Positions 63,115 to 64,000 of a DNA stretch of 64,000 nt are shown piece after piece. Position numbers and translations under genes: made by a program. Location of the stretch: positions 4,468 to 68,467 of the forward strand of contig CACIGI010000006.1 of the NCBI GenBank assembly GCA_902586125.1. Direction: 5' to 3'. Source of the DNA: an uncultured Pelagibacteraceae bacterium. Lineage in GTDB: Bacteria; Pseudomonadota; Alphaproteobacteria; Pelagibacterales; Pelagibacteraceae. Below the pieces are notes generated by a model. The model had not been told where the DNA came from. It did no database searches and worked only from the letters and a program-made list of their open reading frames with translations. Position 1 is the first letter of the stretch, and each line of letters begins with the position of its first letter.

Positions 63115-63825
63115 TTATGAAAGTTTAGATCTTCCACCATCTACTGCAATAATTTGACCTGTTATCCAAGAGCTATCTTCAGTTATTAAAAATCTAGCTA
63201 AAGAGGCAGAGTCTTTTCCCTCTCCCAATCTTTTTAAAGGATGAGCCTTTGCAATACCATCTGCTAGGGCTTTATTCTTTAACATGGGCTCAGCAATTTT
63301 TGAATTGGTTAAGCTTGGCGCAATACAATTCACTCTTATGTTCGGAGCAAATTCAGCTGCAAGTGAAACTGTTAAACCCTCAACAGCTGCTTTCGTTGAT
63401 GCAATAATTGCGTGATTGGTAAATCCTCTTTGAGCTGCAACAGTTGAAAATAAAACTATTGAGCCTTTATTTTTTTTCAAACTCTCTTGATACCCTTTAA
63501 TAACCTCAACCGCAGAATAAAGATTTAATTTCATACATTTTACAAAATCTTGCTCTGTTACCATTCTCACAGGTTTTAAATCAATTGAACCAACACAATA
63601 AGCGACACCTTTTACATCCGAAATGTCATTTTTAACTTTTTCTATAAATCCTTCCTCTAAAACATCTGCAATAGTAAAAGGGCACCCAAATTTCTCTGAA
63701 ATATTTTTGACCTCGCTTTCATCTCTAGCTACTAAATGGACGCTGTTTCCAGAATTTACTAATTGTTCAGCCAAGCTCGATCCGATTGAACCTGTCGCAC
63801 CAAAAATAAGATATTTTTCTGACAT
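63115..63825 (-). CDS. Short-chain dehydrogenase/reductase
   Basis: GATGSIG, IRVNCIAP, ITGQ and VDGG motifs; catalytic YxxxK appears as IASTK. Confidence 0.9.
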   Translation of the reverse strand: MSEKYLIFGATGSIGSSLAEQLVNSGNSVHLVARDESEVKNISEKFGCPFTIADVLEEGFIEKVKNDISDVKGVAYCVGSIDLKPVRMVTEQDFVKCMKLNLYSAVEVIKGYQESLKKNKGSIVLFSTVAAQRGFTNHAIIASTKAAVEGLTVSLAAEFAPNIRVNCIAPSLTNSKIAEPMLKNKALADGIAKAHPLKRLGEGKDSASLARFLITEDSSWITGQIIAVDGGRSKLS

Positions 63826-63852
63826 AAAAAATTTAATTAGTTATATTTAATT

Positions 63853-64000
63853 ATGAAGTTATTTTTTATACTGGGCAATCAATTATTTCCATCAAAATAC
63901 TTAGACCGCTTCAAAAAAGACCACCTTTTTTTTATGGCTGAAGATTACGAGTTATGTACTTATGAAAAACATCATAAACAAAAAATTCTTCTATTTTTAT
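63853..64000 (+). CDS. Cryptochrome/photolyase-related protein (DPRP domain, FeS-BCP/PhrB-like); 5' part only
   Basis: Manual translation MKLFFILGNQLF...FFMAEDYELCTYEKHHKQKILLFL; LGxQL and HHKQKI motifs. Confidence 0.85.
   Translation, partial: MKLFFILGNQLFPSKYLDRFKKDHLFFMAEDYELCTYEKHHKQKILLFL

Noticed and set aside
252-63850. Many short track ORFs antisense to or out of frame within core genes (e.g. 252-635, 394-714, 1552-2052, 20724-21026, 32859-33206, 53474-53872, 57384-57692)
   Set aside because: They overlap well-supported genes and show no recognisable motifs; typical shadow ORFs
1-64000. Homopolymeric A/T runs as phase-variation sites; CRISPR, IS or prophage
   Set aside because: Runs are ubiquitous and all reading frames are intact; no repeat-spacer array, transposase, integrase or phage gene block seen

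Overview
A very AT-rich, gene-dense alphaproteobacterial chromosome segment. Gene content, gene order and extreme compaction point to a SAR11 / Candidatus Pelagibacter genome (inference). It spans the likely replication origin (parB-parA-rsmG-mnmG-mnmE-rho-hemJ-hemH-hemE <oriC> PSRP-maf-aroE-coaE-dnaQ), with a near-perfect parS site inside rsmG. Other content: grpE-dnaK-dnaJ, hslVU, hisBHAFE, leuS-holA, ftsK-lolA, purH, rpe, a porin, tRNA-Gly(GCC), an acetate cluster (acs plus a two-subunit sodium:solute symporter), tsaD-EVE/hemCD, folD and tesA/ybbAP. I see no integrase, transposase, prophage block or CRISPR array. Most notable observations: (1) a 40-residue polybasic leader on Acs, directly downstream of tsaD-EVE; (2) a three-copy motif whose inverted pair would fold over the start codon of the symporter operon; (3) an unannotated 39-aa ArfA-like gene with its own stop codon; (4) three identical TTATTAACA boxes in oriC; (5) a CenR-like regulator with an eroded receiver domain; (6) a two-gene accessory insertion after hisE, one gene possibly phage-derived. 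All calls come from reading the sequence; no database searches were run.
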